Shown here piece after piece: positions 51,827 through 64,000 of a DNA stretch of 64,000 nucleotides. The stretch spans positions 30,194,001-30,258,000 of the forward strand of contig NC_043005.1 in the NCBI RefSeq assembly GCF_006345805.1, in the 5' to 3' direction. The notes under the pieces were generated by a model, which saw nothing but the letters and a program-made list of their open reading frames with translations, was not told the origin of the DNA and made no database searches. The stretch is from Octopus sinensis (Eukaryota). The position numbers and the translations under genes were made by a program. Every line of letters starts with the position of its first letter. Position 1 is the stretch's first letter.

Positions 51827-53420
51827 ATAGTCCTCCAGGCAATAACAGAGGAATTCAAGACAGGATGCCCCTGGGAGCTCCTCTATGCTGATGACCTTGC
51901 TCTAATTTTTGAGTCACTATCAGAACAAGAGAAGTTTCAGGTGTGGAAGCAAGGATTAGAATCGAAGGGCCTTAGAGTCAACCTAGCTAAAACCAAAGTC
52001 CTAATAAGTAGGAAGGCAGACAAGCCACAAATCCCTTCAGGTAGTTGGGCCTGCTCAATCTGTAGAAAAGGTGTAGGTAGAGACTCTATAAGATGTACCC
52101 AGTGTAAGCTATGGATACATAAGAGGTGCAACAATATCAAAGGAAGGCTAACTGGGAAGATAGTTTTGTATGTGGCAGATGCTAGGGAGCAATAAACACT
52201 GAAAATGTGCAGAGAACAACTTCTGCCACATTCCAGGGAGAAAAACTAAAAGTAGTTGATAGCTTCCGTTACCTAGGTGACCAAGTCAGTAGTGGGGGTA
52301 GGTACACTGAAAGTGTAGCTGTTGGAATAAGAATAGCCTGGGCAAAGTTCCGAGAGCTCTTACCTCTGCTGGAGACAAAGGACCTCTCACTCAGAGTAAA
52401 AGGTAGACTGTATGACATGTGTATGAACAGCCATGCTACATGGCAGTGAAACATGGGCCATGACTGCTGAGGACATGAGTAAGCTTGCAAGGAATGAAGC
52501 CAGTATGCTCCACTGGATGTGTAATGTCAGTGTGCACACTCCACAGAGTGTAAGTACCTTGAGAGAAAAGTTGGATCTAAGAAGCATCAGATGTGGTGTG
52601 CAAGAGAGACGATTGCGTTGGTATGGTCATGTGGCAAGAATGGATAAAGATAGCTGTGTGAAAAAGTCCCACACCCTAGCGGTTGGGGGAACCTGTGGAA
52701 GAGGTAGACCCAGGAAGACCTGGGATGAGGTGGTGAAGCACGACCTTCGAACATTAGGCCTCACCGAGGCAATGACTAGTGACTGAGACCTTTGGAAATA
52801 TGCTGTGCTTGAGAAGACCCGGCAAGCCAAATGAGACCATAACCCATGACCTATGCCAGGGGTGTAACCAGCCCACTTATGCGTACCTTTCCTTCATTGG
52901 ACACGAAACTCTGCTTGCAAAGACCTTTTTGAGGCAAGTGAAATCGAAATCAAAATCAAATTCAATGACTGGCATCCATGCTAATGGAGCACTAAGAGCA
53001 CCATCCGAGCGTGATTGTTGCCAGAGCAGCTGACTGGCTTCTGTGACGGTGACATGTAAAAAGCACCATTCGAGCGTGTTCGTTACCAGTGTCGCCTTAT
53101 TGGCACTTGAGCTGGTGGCATGTGAAATAATATTTGAGTGAAGTTGTGGCCAGTGCCGCTGGACTGGCTCCTGTGCAGGTGGCATATAAAAACACCATTT
53201 GAGTGTGGCCGTTGCTAGTACCGCCTGACTGGCCCTCATGCCGGTGGCAAGTAAAAGCACCCACTAAACTCTCGGAGTGGTTGGTGTTAGGAAGGGCATC
53301 CAGCTGTAGAAACTCTGCCAGATTAGATTGGAGCCTGGTACAGCCATCTGGTTCGCCAGTCCTCAGTCAAATTGTCCAATCCATGCCAGCATGGAAAGTG
53401 GATGTTAAACAATGATGATG
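51827..53420 (+). mobile_element. 5'-truncated RTE-clade LINE: frameshifted RT C-terminus with Cys/His cluster, repeat-containing 3'UTR, (GAT)n tail
   Basis: LLYADDL motif, VDSFRYLG, LRWYGHVARM, RGRPRKTW across three ORFs; tail ggatgttaaacaatgatgatg. Confidence 0.92.
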
Positions 53421-54379
53421 CTCTAGGTATGACTTGAAACTGCATTTGGTAGTGGATCTCTGGTTTGGGAGTTGCAGGGTTTTGAGGAATGTATGACTAC
53501 CTTTTAGCTGCTATTGTTTCCAGGTCTACACTGAGCTGGATTAGCAGCATCTGTTTGGGTTCCAGCTATGGGTTATCTACCAAATGTGATGATGATCCAT
53601 CTAAGCATGGGGATGCTGAAATACCTTTGGTTGGTGTTATGGCAACCACTGGGAGTGAGAGACCCCAAAGTGTTGACACAGCCTTCCTTCTAAAAGTGGA
53701 ACATATTGATTTAAAACCATTGATTTCACATGCTTACAGGTCATCTCATTTCAACCTGTCACTATGCACTAATCATAGAGACTCAAAGAAAGGGGTACAT
53801 GGTGTTTTACAAGGGTTTAACACTATAATCCAATAAGGTAGAGACGTCTCTTTATGCTGACCTCATTTGTCATTGCATCTACTGAAAGTTCTATAGCAAT
53901 GGGAAAATGGCAATTTGTGCATACTTAACCAGTTGATTAGGTCTGTAACAGGATTGAATAGTCATCTAAGAGGTCATGAATGGAAAGTCAGAAATGTCAA
54001 TGACAATGAGGAAGCACAAAATGACAGCAATTATCTGTGAAGATGAAGTAATCATTGTGTGTGTGTTTGTGTGCGTATGCCCATGGACATGTGTGCATGT
54101 GTGTGCATGCATGTGTGTGTGTGTGTGACCTTGTCTTGACATTGTGTGATAGTTGTAAACAAGTGTCACTGTCATACAAGCAGTGTCGTTCAATTCCTTC
54201 TGTGGAAACATGTCCAGTCATGGGGAAATAGAACATTACTTGGAAACAAGTGAGAGTTAGCAACAGGAAGGACATCCAGACATTGAAAATCTGCCTCTAT
54301 GAATTCAATCTGACCCATGCAAATATGGAAAAGTGAACATTAACACATTGATGATGATGATGACGATGTAACATATGGA

Positions 54380-56700
54380 AATTCTGAGACTGAATCAATG
54401 ACAATATGCCATTGGTCCAGCATTGCTGATATAGATTTGTTGCCGTGGTCCAGATGTTTTAGTCTTTCATTATGTTTTATCAAGTTCATTAGCAATTAAT
54501 CAACATGGTGCACGTGACATGTCTATGACATCTCTACATCAAGCCAGTTGTAGTATCCAGGACTGATTTGTTTCATTCAGGCCATGACTCTTACTTAATT
54601 TCATGTTGTTGAGTAAGATTTTTTTATTTTGAAATATTTTTAGAATTAATTACTCTATAAAAATCAGACTCCAAAACTAATAAACACCCAGGATAATTAA
54701 TTGCATCACATTTTATCCCGTATTTTCAGATGTTTGTCTTCCATATATAGGTTTCCTGACCAACCATTAACGATGTTAAATGATGATGATTGTAATGATG
54801 ACAACTTCATGACTGATTCAATTTCTTTGGTAGTGACTGATGTTTCCATTTATAACTTTCATGTCATTCAAACCAAGATGCAAAATGATTTTTATGACTT
54901 AGATTAAAATCAGCTGTGTGTGATTAAGCTCACTTCACAACCGGTTGGTCTTTGCATTCAGTCCTGCAGCATGGCACCTTAGGCAAATGTCTTCAACTAT
55001 AGCTCTAGGTGAACCAATGTCTTGTGAGTAAATTTGGTAGATGGAAACTGTGTGGAAGCCTGTCAAGTGTATGGGTGTGTGTATGTTTTTGTGTTTGTCC
55101 TCCCACAGCTTGACAACCAGTGTTGGTTTGTTTACATCTCTGTAACATAGTGGTTCAGTTAAGAAAGCTGACAAAGTAAGTACCAAACTTAAAATAAGTA
55201 CTGGGGTCCATTTGTTCGACTAACCCCACAAGATAGTACTCCAGTATGGCTGCAGTCCAATGACTTACAAAAGTAAAAGCGTAAAAGAGGTTGAATTGGC
55301 AGTCTTCATAATCCATTAGCAATTCCTTGTTACTTTAAGAGCTTTACACCACACTAAATATATTTGCATGACACCAATAACATTGCCCAACCACGCAGTG
55401 GCTGAGATGTATATACTGGTATATTTCTCTCTGATGAGATAATATGTGTGTATTATTAGCAACATGTGATCAGTGATTAATTCAAAATGTTACCCATATA
55501 TGAATTCATTAAATTTGTGAAGGTCAGATATAATTGGTAATTAGCTATTTGCAATCATCAATGTTGATACGCATTCAATATTTTACACAAATGAACCAAT
55601 CAATGTTCAACTCCACTTTGATGTTGTCACAGAAGTGCAACTGTGATGCATCTACTGCCAAAACTACTGGCAAATTTCTGTAGTAATGCGAGACTTGTGT
55701 CTTCGATTAATCACTTGTCGGTTCAACTCATCAAAACTTCATCAACAATCCTTACTTGAATAGTACCTTTTTTTCTTTTTTGTTAAATTGACATTTCAAG
55801 TCATGACTATTTAACTGATAAAATATTATTTTTAAATTATTCAAATATTCTTCATCTGTTGCCATGGTAACAATGATACCATCCACATACACAGCACAAT
55901 GCTCTAATACTGATAGCATTTCATTAACAAGACATTAACTATAGCATACTGGAAATTTTAAATGACATTCACTTGTACTTGTAAAGAGCAAAAGGTGTAT
56001 TTATCATGAATAATTTTTGTGAGTCTTCTATTAACTCAAACTGTTAAATAATCATTTTTTAAACTGATATGCTGAAGTTTTACCCACCCTCCGGTTTATA
56101 GAATAATTCATTGTATCTTGGCACTGAATTTATGAGCTTTTAAATTCCTGTCATTCTCTCAATCCCGTTAGAAATAAGAGATTTTGATGAAATGCTGTGA
56201 GACCAGTATAAAAGTCATTAAAACATAATCAGTGCATGAATTTGGATAAAACTGGCTGATATGATGTGATCACTGTTGATGTACGTAATTGAGAATATGT
56301 GGGTTTTTACCTGTTGTCATGTCACTTTTACTTGCCGAGGTAGGTTGAATACAAGTAAGTTGATTACATGGAAGTATAGTCACACATATTTGCCAAATGT
56401 TGAGTTGTGTCTCAGAAGTGAATTTGTGTTCCAGTTAGCCTCTGTAACTTGGTTAGTTTCATAACTATTATCAGAAAAAAGCATTCTGAAGTGTCCCTTC
56501 ATCTCCTCTACTGATGTAATGCCTTTTTCTGAGGCAAACCTCATGGATTACCTGGACAAAAATTTCATTAGGAAAATGTTGAAGAAAATACTCAATGGAC
56601 TTTGCTTATAAAAGGTTTGTGGAACTCACACTAACGAAAGCATTGATGTAATGATCAAATATAAAAACCACTCTAAACCTGCTCAGAATCAATAAAGCCT
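54380..56700 (-). mobile_element. Degenerate Ty3/Gypsy pol relic (RT, RNase H, integrase N-terminus), interrupted by a SINE
   Basis: DFYTGL; INTPFALYKY; VYVDGIIV (from YxDD); HYYRNLPVVLAVDASQ; KFNEFIYG*HFELITDH; PRQQIYISNAGP in pol order. Confidence 0.85.
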
Positions 56701-58877
56701 AACACCAAATAGATCACTGGTGTGTATAAATAACACTGATTTCTCTCTGATTATTTTCTCCAAGTCAAAGCTCTCTTTCTCTAACTAAATCATTAATATG
56801 TAATTATGAATAAATAACATCACTAAATCCTAACTCACAGCCAGAGGTATACCTGCCATAATGCCTGAAAGTTCTTTCTAAAGTGAGGTTAACTTTTGTT
56901 TCTCACATGGAAGAGATCTCTCCCAAACAATAACAACAACACTGTCTAACCCTTTATCATTTAAACCAGCCATAAACCAGATCTAATTATTCTACCTGTT
57001 TTATGTTCTAACTCACCAGATCTGGCCTCTCACACCTCCCCTACAATGTCATTCTAAAAATAAAGAGTCACATCATCAAAACCTCAAAGCTATGATGCAT
57101 GATTAAGTCAAAACAATCATTATCATTTTCGTCTAATGTCTGCTTTCCATGCTGGCATGGGTTGGACGGTTTGACTGGGGACTGGTGAGCCAGAAGGCTG
57201 CACCATACTCCAATCTGATCTGGCAAAGTTTCTATAGCTGGATGCCCTTCCTAAAGCCAACCACTTCAAGAGTGTAGTAGGTGCTTTTATGTGCCACCGG
57301 CACGAGGGCCAGTCAAGCAGTTCTGGAACAGCCACACTCAAAAGGTGTTTTTTATGTGCTACCTGCACGGGAGCCAGTCTGGCGACACTGGCAACAACCA
57401 TGCTCGAATATTGTTTTTCACATGCCACCAGCACATGTGCCGGTAAGGTGACGCTGGCAACAATCAAATATGAATAAATATATCATTCAACAGAGTAATC
57501 TGAATGCTAAAGGGTTGAACTGCAGTTATATGTGGTTCAAGACCCAGCAACAGTTGTGGCTACTTGCAGAACAGGACTTATTAGTTTCAATGTACTTCAT
57601 GGTCCAATTCTGTTTTTACCAGTTCGTTTTCTGAAAAAAAGGTAATGATCAGGTAATAATATTACTATTTTCTAATAAATTAGTTTTACATAAGGACCAA
57701 TTCAAATTGTGGCCTGACATTTTGTGCAACAGTCTAAGCCAGCTGAAAATATTTTGGAATATTTACTCTCTTTTACTTATTTCAGTCATTTGACTGTGGC
57801 CATGCTGGAGCAGCACTTTTAGTCGAGCAAATCAACCCCAGAGCTTATTCTTTGTAAGCCTAGTACTTATTCTATCAGTCTCTTTTGCCGAACCACTAAA
57901 TTACAGGGACATAAACACACCAGCATTGGTTGTCAAGCAATGTTGGTGGGGGACAAACACAGACACCCACATATATATACAAATATATGATGGGCTTCTT
58001 CCAGTTTCCGTCTACCAAATTCACTCATAAGGCTTTGGTCGGCCCGAGGCTATAGTAGAAGACACTTGCCCAAGGTACAATGCAGTGGGACTGAACCCAG
58101 GACAATGTGGTTGGTAAACAAGCTACTTACCACACAGTCACTCCTACGCCTAGTGTATAAATCATTGATTTTTATCTTTAATATTCAAATCAGTAGTAGG
58201 ACTGTGAACATTATTATCAATACAAGTTATATTACTGAACAATGAAATTGACAACACATTAATTAAATGCTTTTAACCAACTCCTTCTCAATAAATATGA
58301 ACCCATTTCAGGATCAATAGCTTCTAGATTTTGTGGCTGTTTATTTTCCTTTTAATATTTCTAATGGATATTTTTCTTGAATTGGAACTTTTTTTACTAC
58401 AATGAGGATTTAACTTTATCTATACATGTTCTAAATGATGAAGTATTTTATATGCATTAAAATCAAAGTTCTAGGGATGCTAGTATATCACTCAAATTTA
58501 ATCAACTTATTACTGATTTGTGCCAAAATATAACATTCCTAATCTCTTCATACAAATTGTTTTGTAATCATCATCATTGTTTAACATCTGTTTTCCATGC
58601 TGGCATGGGTTGGACGATTCAACTGGGGTCTGGGAAGCCAGAAAGCTGCACAAGGCTCCAGTCTGATCTGGCAGTGTTTCTACAGCTGGATGCCCTTCCT
58701 AACACCAACCATTCCGAGAGTGTAGTGGGTGCTTTTTACATACCACCAGCGCAGGAGCCAGAGGGGGCTGGCAATGACCACAATCGGTTGGTACTTTTTA
58801 CATGCCACCAGCATGGAAGTCAGTCAAGGCAGTGCTGTCATCGGCCACATTCAGATGGTGCTTTTTATGTGCCACCA

Positions 58878-58884
58878 TATATAT

Positions 58885-58975
<91 letters not shown>

Positions 58976-58981
58976 TATATA
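58878..58981. repeat. (TA)n microsatellite; other long tracts at about 36444-36533, 42547-42612, 50985-51042, and (TAA)n at 62239-62300
   Basis: Direct reading. Confidence 0.98.
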
Positions 58982-59399
58982 TTGAATTGGCTTCAATATT
59001 TCATAGGTGCATGCATGGCTGTGTGGTTAAGAAGTTTGCTTTCTAACTGTGTGGTTTCTGGTTCATTCCCACTACATAGCACTTTGGGTAAATGTCTTTT
59101 AATATAGTTCTGGACCAACTAAAGCCTTGTGAGTAGCTTTGGTAGGTGGAAACCGAAAGAAGCCCATCTTCTATGTTGATGTGTGTGTCTCCCTGTCTTG
59201 ACGTCACATGATAGATGTAAATGAGAAAAACTCTCATACATGTAGTATTGTTTATTTCAAATCTTCCATAAAAAAAAACATGTCTGGCCAAGGGAAAATA
59301 TTACCTTGCTTGGAAGCAGGTGAGAATTCATGACAAGAAAGACACCCAACCACGGAAAATTTGCATCAACAAATTCCGTTGGTTCCAAGAAAGCTTCGA

Positions 59400-59760
59400 A
59401 AAGTGAATATTAAGTGAGGATGAGGATTTCTTTTGATCTTTACAGACTTCATACAGAATTATTATCATGGTAACTGAAATTTTTAGAATTGCTTGGATAA
59501 TTTTGGGGGAAAAATTTGTAGTTATTATTATTGGGTGGTATCAAACCCAATGCTCCAATGACAATAGGGATAACCTTTATGTTTGACTCTTGTAGCTGCC
59601 ACATTTTAGTGATCTCAATTCTAAGGTCTCCATAATTATCAGCCTTTTCTCATCCTTTCTTGATGATATATTGCTCTCCTGGCACTGCCACGTCGATTAC
59701 TAGGTGCCCTTGTTTGTCCCTCCTAAAGGTTACTATATCCGGCCATCAGTGCTCTAATAC

Positions 59761-59799
<39 letters not shown>

Positions 59800-60070
59800 C
59801 ATTATTATTATCATTATTATTTTAGATTGATTTCAGGGCATTTTAGTCACTAACCAGGTCTCTACCTGATACCTAAGGCTAGTAACTGTCATAATGATAG
59901 GAATTTTCTCAAGAGATGGACTTTTGGACATTGTATATATTTGGTATTCCGGGTTTTTTATCAATGAAGATTGAAGCCCCTTTTTTAACCTTCTTTAAAC
60001 ATGCATAGTGCTCCTACTGGTAGAGTAACTGTTCTAAGTTTCCATATTCTGCTGATTTCCATAAGTATAA
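59400..60070 (-). mobile_element. Two 3' fragments of RLE-type (R4/Dong-like) non-LTR elements separated by an (ATT)n tract
   Basis: PDIVTF...LVIDVAVPGE..DLRIEITKMWQL..VIPIVIGALG and EISRIWKLRTVTLPVGAL. Confidence 0.8.
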
Positions 60071-60080
60071 TTACCATTAA

Positions 60081-60295
60081 GGCAGTAAGCTGGCAGAATC
60101 GTTAGCGCGCTGAATGAAACGCTTAGCGTCATTTTGCCCAACGCTATTCTCTGAGTTCAAATTCCACCGAAGTCAACTTTGCCTTTCATCCTTTCAGGGT
60201 CAATAAATTTAGTACCAGTGTAACACTGAGATCAATGTAATCGACTAGTCCCTTCCCCTTAAATTTCAGGCCTTGTGCCTTTGGTAGAAAGTATT
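60081..60295 (+). mobile_element. tRNA-derived SINE family B. Copies at about 9950-10265-, 22455-22670-, 62035-62240-, 62560-62790-, 63010-63225-
   Basis: gctggcagaatcgttagc head, gagttcaaattcc B box, gtcaactttgcctttcatcc central domain. Confidence 0.85.
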
Positions 60296-60363
60296 ATTAT
60301 TATCATTATCATCATCATTATTATTATTACCATTTTCATTTGATGTTACATTTATTGCATTGT

Positions 60364-60620
60364 TTTGTGCAATGTCAAATCAACCACAGAGAAACCCAGA
60401 AAAATATTGTTCACATAAGGGGACAAAAATGTAATTCATGTAGAAAAATAAATCTTTTTATAAATGTAACATCATCATCATCATTTAAACGGACGCTAAA
60501 TGATGATGATGATGTTACATTTATAAAAAGATTTATTTTTCTACATGAATTACATTTTTGTCCCCTTATGTGAACAATATTTTTCTGGGTTTCTCTGTGG
60601 TTGATTTGACATTGCACAAA
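60364..60620. repeat. Perfect palindrome, 124-bp arms, 9-nt loop
   Basis: Arms are exact reverse complements. Confidence 0.95.
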
Positions 60621-62251
60621 CTTTCTATTATTTTATATTATATTTATCTGAAATTTGTCACAAATAGCTTTATTTTTAATATAATTCAATCATCATCGTC
60701 ATCAATAATATTGTAAAAATATTTCTATTGCCCTAGTAAACCCATTCTGTCAAAAATGACAGCATTTCATTTTAAAATAAATAAGCTCAAATTAAAATGA
60801 AATAAATGCATCAACATACACACACCTTACAACTGATATAGATAAATGCTTGACTTAGTGAGGATAATAGTTTTTTTTTTTTATGAAAATTCTTTCAAGA
60901 ATTGAATTCAAAGAGTTTGAAAATTTTCACCCCTAAAAGGAGTTTAACAGTGAACTTCATGATAAAAAATTTATGTAAACAATAGATATAAATGCATAAT
61001 TTAGCAGAAAAGAAATATATATTACATGTGTGAGTATACATGAATCTCACAGATGTGTATGTATGATGTGGTTGTATGCTTGAATTGAAAGAGGCTTTTT
61101 TTTTTACTTTTGTTTTTCTGATTTACTTTTGCCGCTTGAATTTTGAAGACCAGAACTAAAGATGGAAAATATTTCGAAGTCTATGATTGAGTCATAATCA
61201 CCAACAATGCCATTTATATTCCTTTCTTCTCTTTCCCTTCCACTACTAGTACACTTTAGTGGGACAGCAAAAAACAAAATAATAATAATAAATATATTTA
61301 CATATAAATACACAATCAAGTTTATTATAATAGACTACACTCTCGGAGTGGTTGGCATTAGAAAGAGCATCCGTCTGAAGAAACTTTGTCAAATCAGATT
61401 GAGTCTTGTGCAGCCGCTGGCTCACCAGTCCTCAGTCAAACTGTCCAACCCATGCCAGCATGGAAAGCAGACATTAAACAACGACAATGATGCCTGTTAT
61501 ACCACTAAGTAGTAGTTCAGCTTTAACAAGAATAGATTTTGCAACAAATCTGTGTTCCAACTCAAATACATTTGGATTAGGTTGTAGGTTAATGATGGTT
61601 TCTAGGTACATAGAAAATATGTTCTCAATTTGTCTGTCATGATTTTGTTTTGCTCCTGCATTTAGTGGAGAAAGAATATTATTTGTGCATCTGATTCAAT
61701 TTCAGAAAATTTCAACCAAGAAGGCTACTTTTCTATCAATAGTCTACAAGGAAGATTTCTTTTGTGAAATACTGTGAAGAGAAACTTGACAAAATTATAT
61801 GACAAACAGGAAAATCTACTGAAATTATTTGATGGAAAAACAATCTGTCAAAAATAAAATAATGTTGACAAGTTGAACTATTATTAATAATAATAATAAT
61901 TGACTGCAAGAATTCATCACAGGGTTCTTGAAGCAGGACCAGTAAACAAGTGTCACCCTAATCTGCTGGCTGTGGACAGCTGACACATTCCATCATACCC
62001 AGCAAAATAAGCTGTGAGGTTTCATATAATAATAATGGCTTTAAATTTTGGTACAAGGCAAGTAATTTGAGGGGAGGGGTTAAGTTGATTAGATTGACCC
62101 CCAGTACACGACTGGTACTTATTTTACCAAGTCTTAAAGGATGAAAGACAAAGTTGACCTTGGCGGAATTTGATTTCAGAATGGAGTTATGGCTGAAATA
62201 CCACTAAGCATTTCATCGATTCTGCCAGCTCCCTGCTTTAATAATAATAAC

Positions 62252-62300
<49 letters not shown>

Positions 62301-64000
62301 GAACTTCTTCTGATGAAACCTTGCACTTAAATTTTATAGACTGATTTTGGTGAGAGCCTTTCTGATAATGTCAACATCCACATGGTTCCTGTTATTGGAA
62401 CCAGTGACTACAAAAGAAGGCATAAGGTTATAAGTATTTCTAATTCTCAAACCTTTCATTGATTAAGATCAAGGCATGGATCATAATCTCCAAATGCTCA
62501 ACCACACTGTGCAACACCTTGGCCAAGTGGCTTCTATTACAACAACAAAAACAATCCTTTCTACTCTAGGCACAAGTCCTGAAATTTGTTGGGAGGAGAA
62601 TGAGTCAATTACATTGACCCCTGTACACAACTGGTACTTATTTCATTGACTCCAGAGGGACGAAAGGCAAAATCAACCCAGCAGAATTTGAACTCAGAAC
62701 ATAGCAACAGAAGAAATGTTACTAAGCAGTTTGTCCAGCATACGAATGAATCTGCCAGCATACGAATGAATATTAAGGTGGCAAGACCACCTTAATATAA
62801 TGATGATGATGATGATGAAATCATAAATATTGATGAGGTGAAAATCTCAACAAACAATAAAAATAATTAGATAATTAATTATGATAAATAATGATTAAAT
62901 TTATGTTTCCCACAACCAGCACCATTGTTGTAGCAAAACAAATGAAAATTTCAATTTCAACACCTACAGATATTACATATAATAATAATGTATTGTTGAA
63001 TTGAAGTAATCTTTTCTACTCTAGGCACAAGGCCAAAATGTTTTGGGGAGGGGGTTCAGTCAATTAGATCGACTCCAGTATGCAACTGGTACTTAATTTA
63101 TTGACTCCAAAAGTATGAAAGCAAAGTCGACCTCAGTGGAAGTTGAACTCAGAATGTAAAGAGAGATGAAATACCACTAAACATTTTGCCCGGTGTGCTA
63201 ATGTTTCTGCCAGTTTGGCACCTTTAAATTGAAGTAATTCTTCCAGAAATCAGGATTCACACCTGGAATACAACTAACAGTGTAAAAAAAAAAAAATGGA
63301 AAAGTAAAACTGCTACATACATAAGGTTTTCATCTAGCAGTGCAGGACCATACATATATGAATATAATTGGAGGATATGTTAACCTCATGAAGGTATGGT
63401 TGCATCCAAAGAAAAACTGGTTCAATAACTACTATTTTTGGAGAATGAATTTCCTCAAAATAATAGGTATATATAAAGCATATAGTTTTTATCCATTTAA
63501 AAGAAGAGAACAAAAGGGAGATCAGGAAGTTAATAATAGTTTATTATTAACAAATTGGTCATCTTCGCTTCTTACAGCTGTTTCAATTAACAGGGCTATA
63601 AAAAGCAAAAATGAGCAATTTGTTGTTAAAAATAAATAATTATCAACTTCCTAATCTCCATTTTGTTCTCTTCTTTTAAATGGTTATAAACTATATATAT
63701 ATATATATATAATATATATATATATAGTGAGTGAGAAAGGGGGGAGGGAAGGATGGAGAGATAGAGGTGTGAAAGAAAGATACATGCACGTGACACAAAC
63801 ATGCCAAAGATGCATGTGAAATACATGTGAGAAACTCAGAGTGTGCACCTGTCCAACATAAAATATATTAAATATCACATGTACAGAAGTTTTCACCCTT
63901 ATAAGGATGATACCACCCTTTACTTTTCTGTAACCTACCATACCCAAGTATTGTCAACATGCAACTTAGAATCTCCAGACCAAGAACATTAATCACCTTG

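Noticed and set aside
51788-52786. Three longer plus-strand ORFs as a host gene
   Set aside because: They are frameshifted pieces of an RTE reverse transcriptase followed by the LINE tail
62300-62460. Further RLE 3' end (DIIRKAL) or CTGATGA hammerhead
   Set aside because: The match is too short, and the tail orientation differs from the 59.4-60.1-kb fragments
63300-63640. 99-aa ORF or a possible neighbouring gene
   Set aside because: No recognisable domain or exon boundaries

Overview
AT-rich animal genomic DNA whose repeat content looks coleoid cephalopod, probably Octopus (inferred from the SINE/LINE types, not verified). One protein-coding gene is supported: the 5' half of a USP12/USP46-family deubiquitinase on the minus strand. 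Exons 28589-28509, 2198-1979 and 368-288 splice in frame and include the catalytic Cys box; the gene continues off the left edge. There are two candidate start exons: 43971-43936 (MSVPFLSCLWNT) and an ATG-only exon ending at 41796, which would give a myristoylatable MGANAS N-terminus. The rest is introns and upstream DNA filled with tRNA-derived SINEs, RTE LINEs, a fragmented Gypsy pol, R4/Dong-like relics, MITEs, microsatellites and many foldback palindromes. The most notable observation is a head-to-head palindromic element seen at 3 loci. Each arm is a tRNA-like Pol III head followed by a minimal Penelope-type hammerhead ribozyme (consensus GACAC-CTGATGA-AGGCTG..CAGCC-GAAA-CGTT-GTGTT). Several unrelated hammerhead-like motifs occur in other small elements. 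Repeat boundaries were estimated by eye and no database searches were run.
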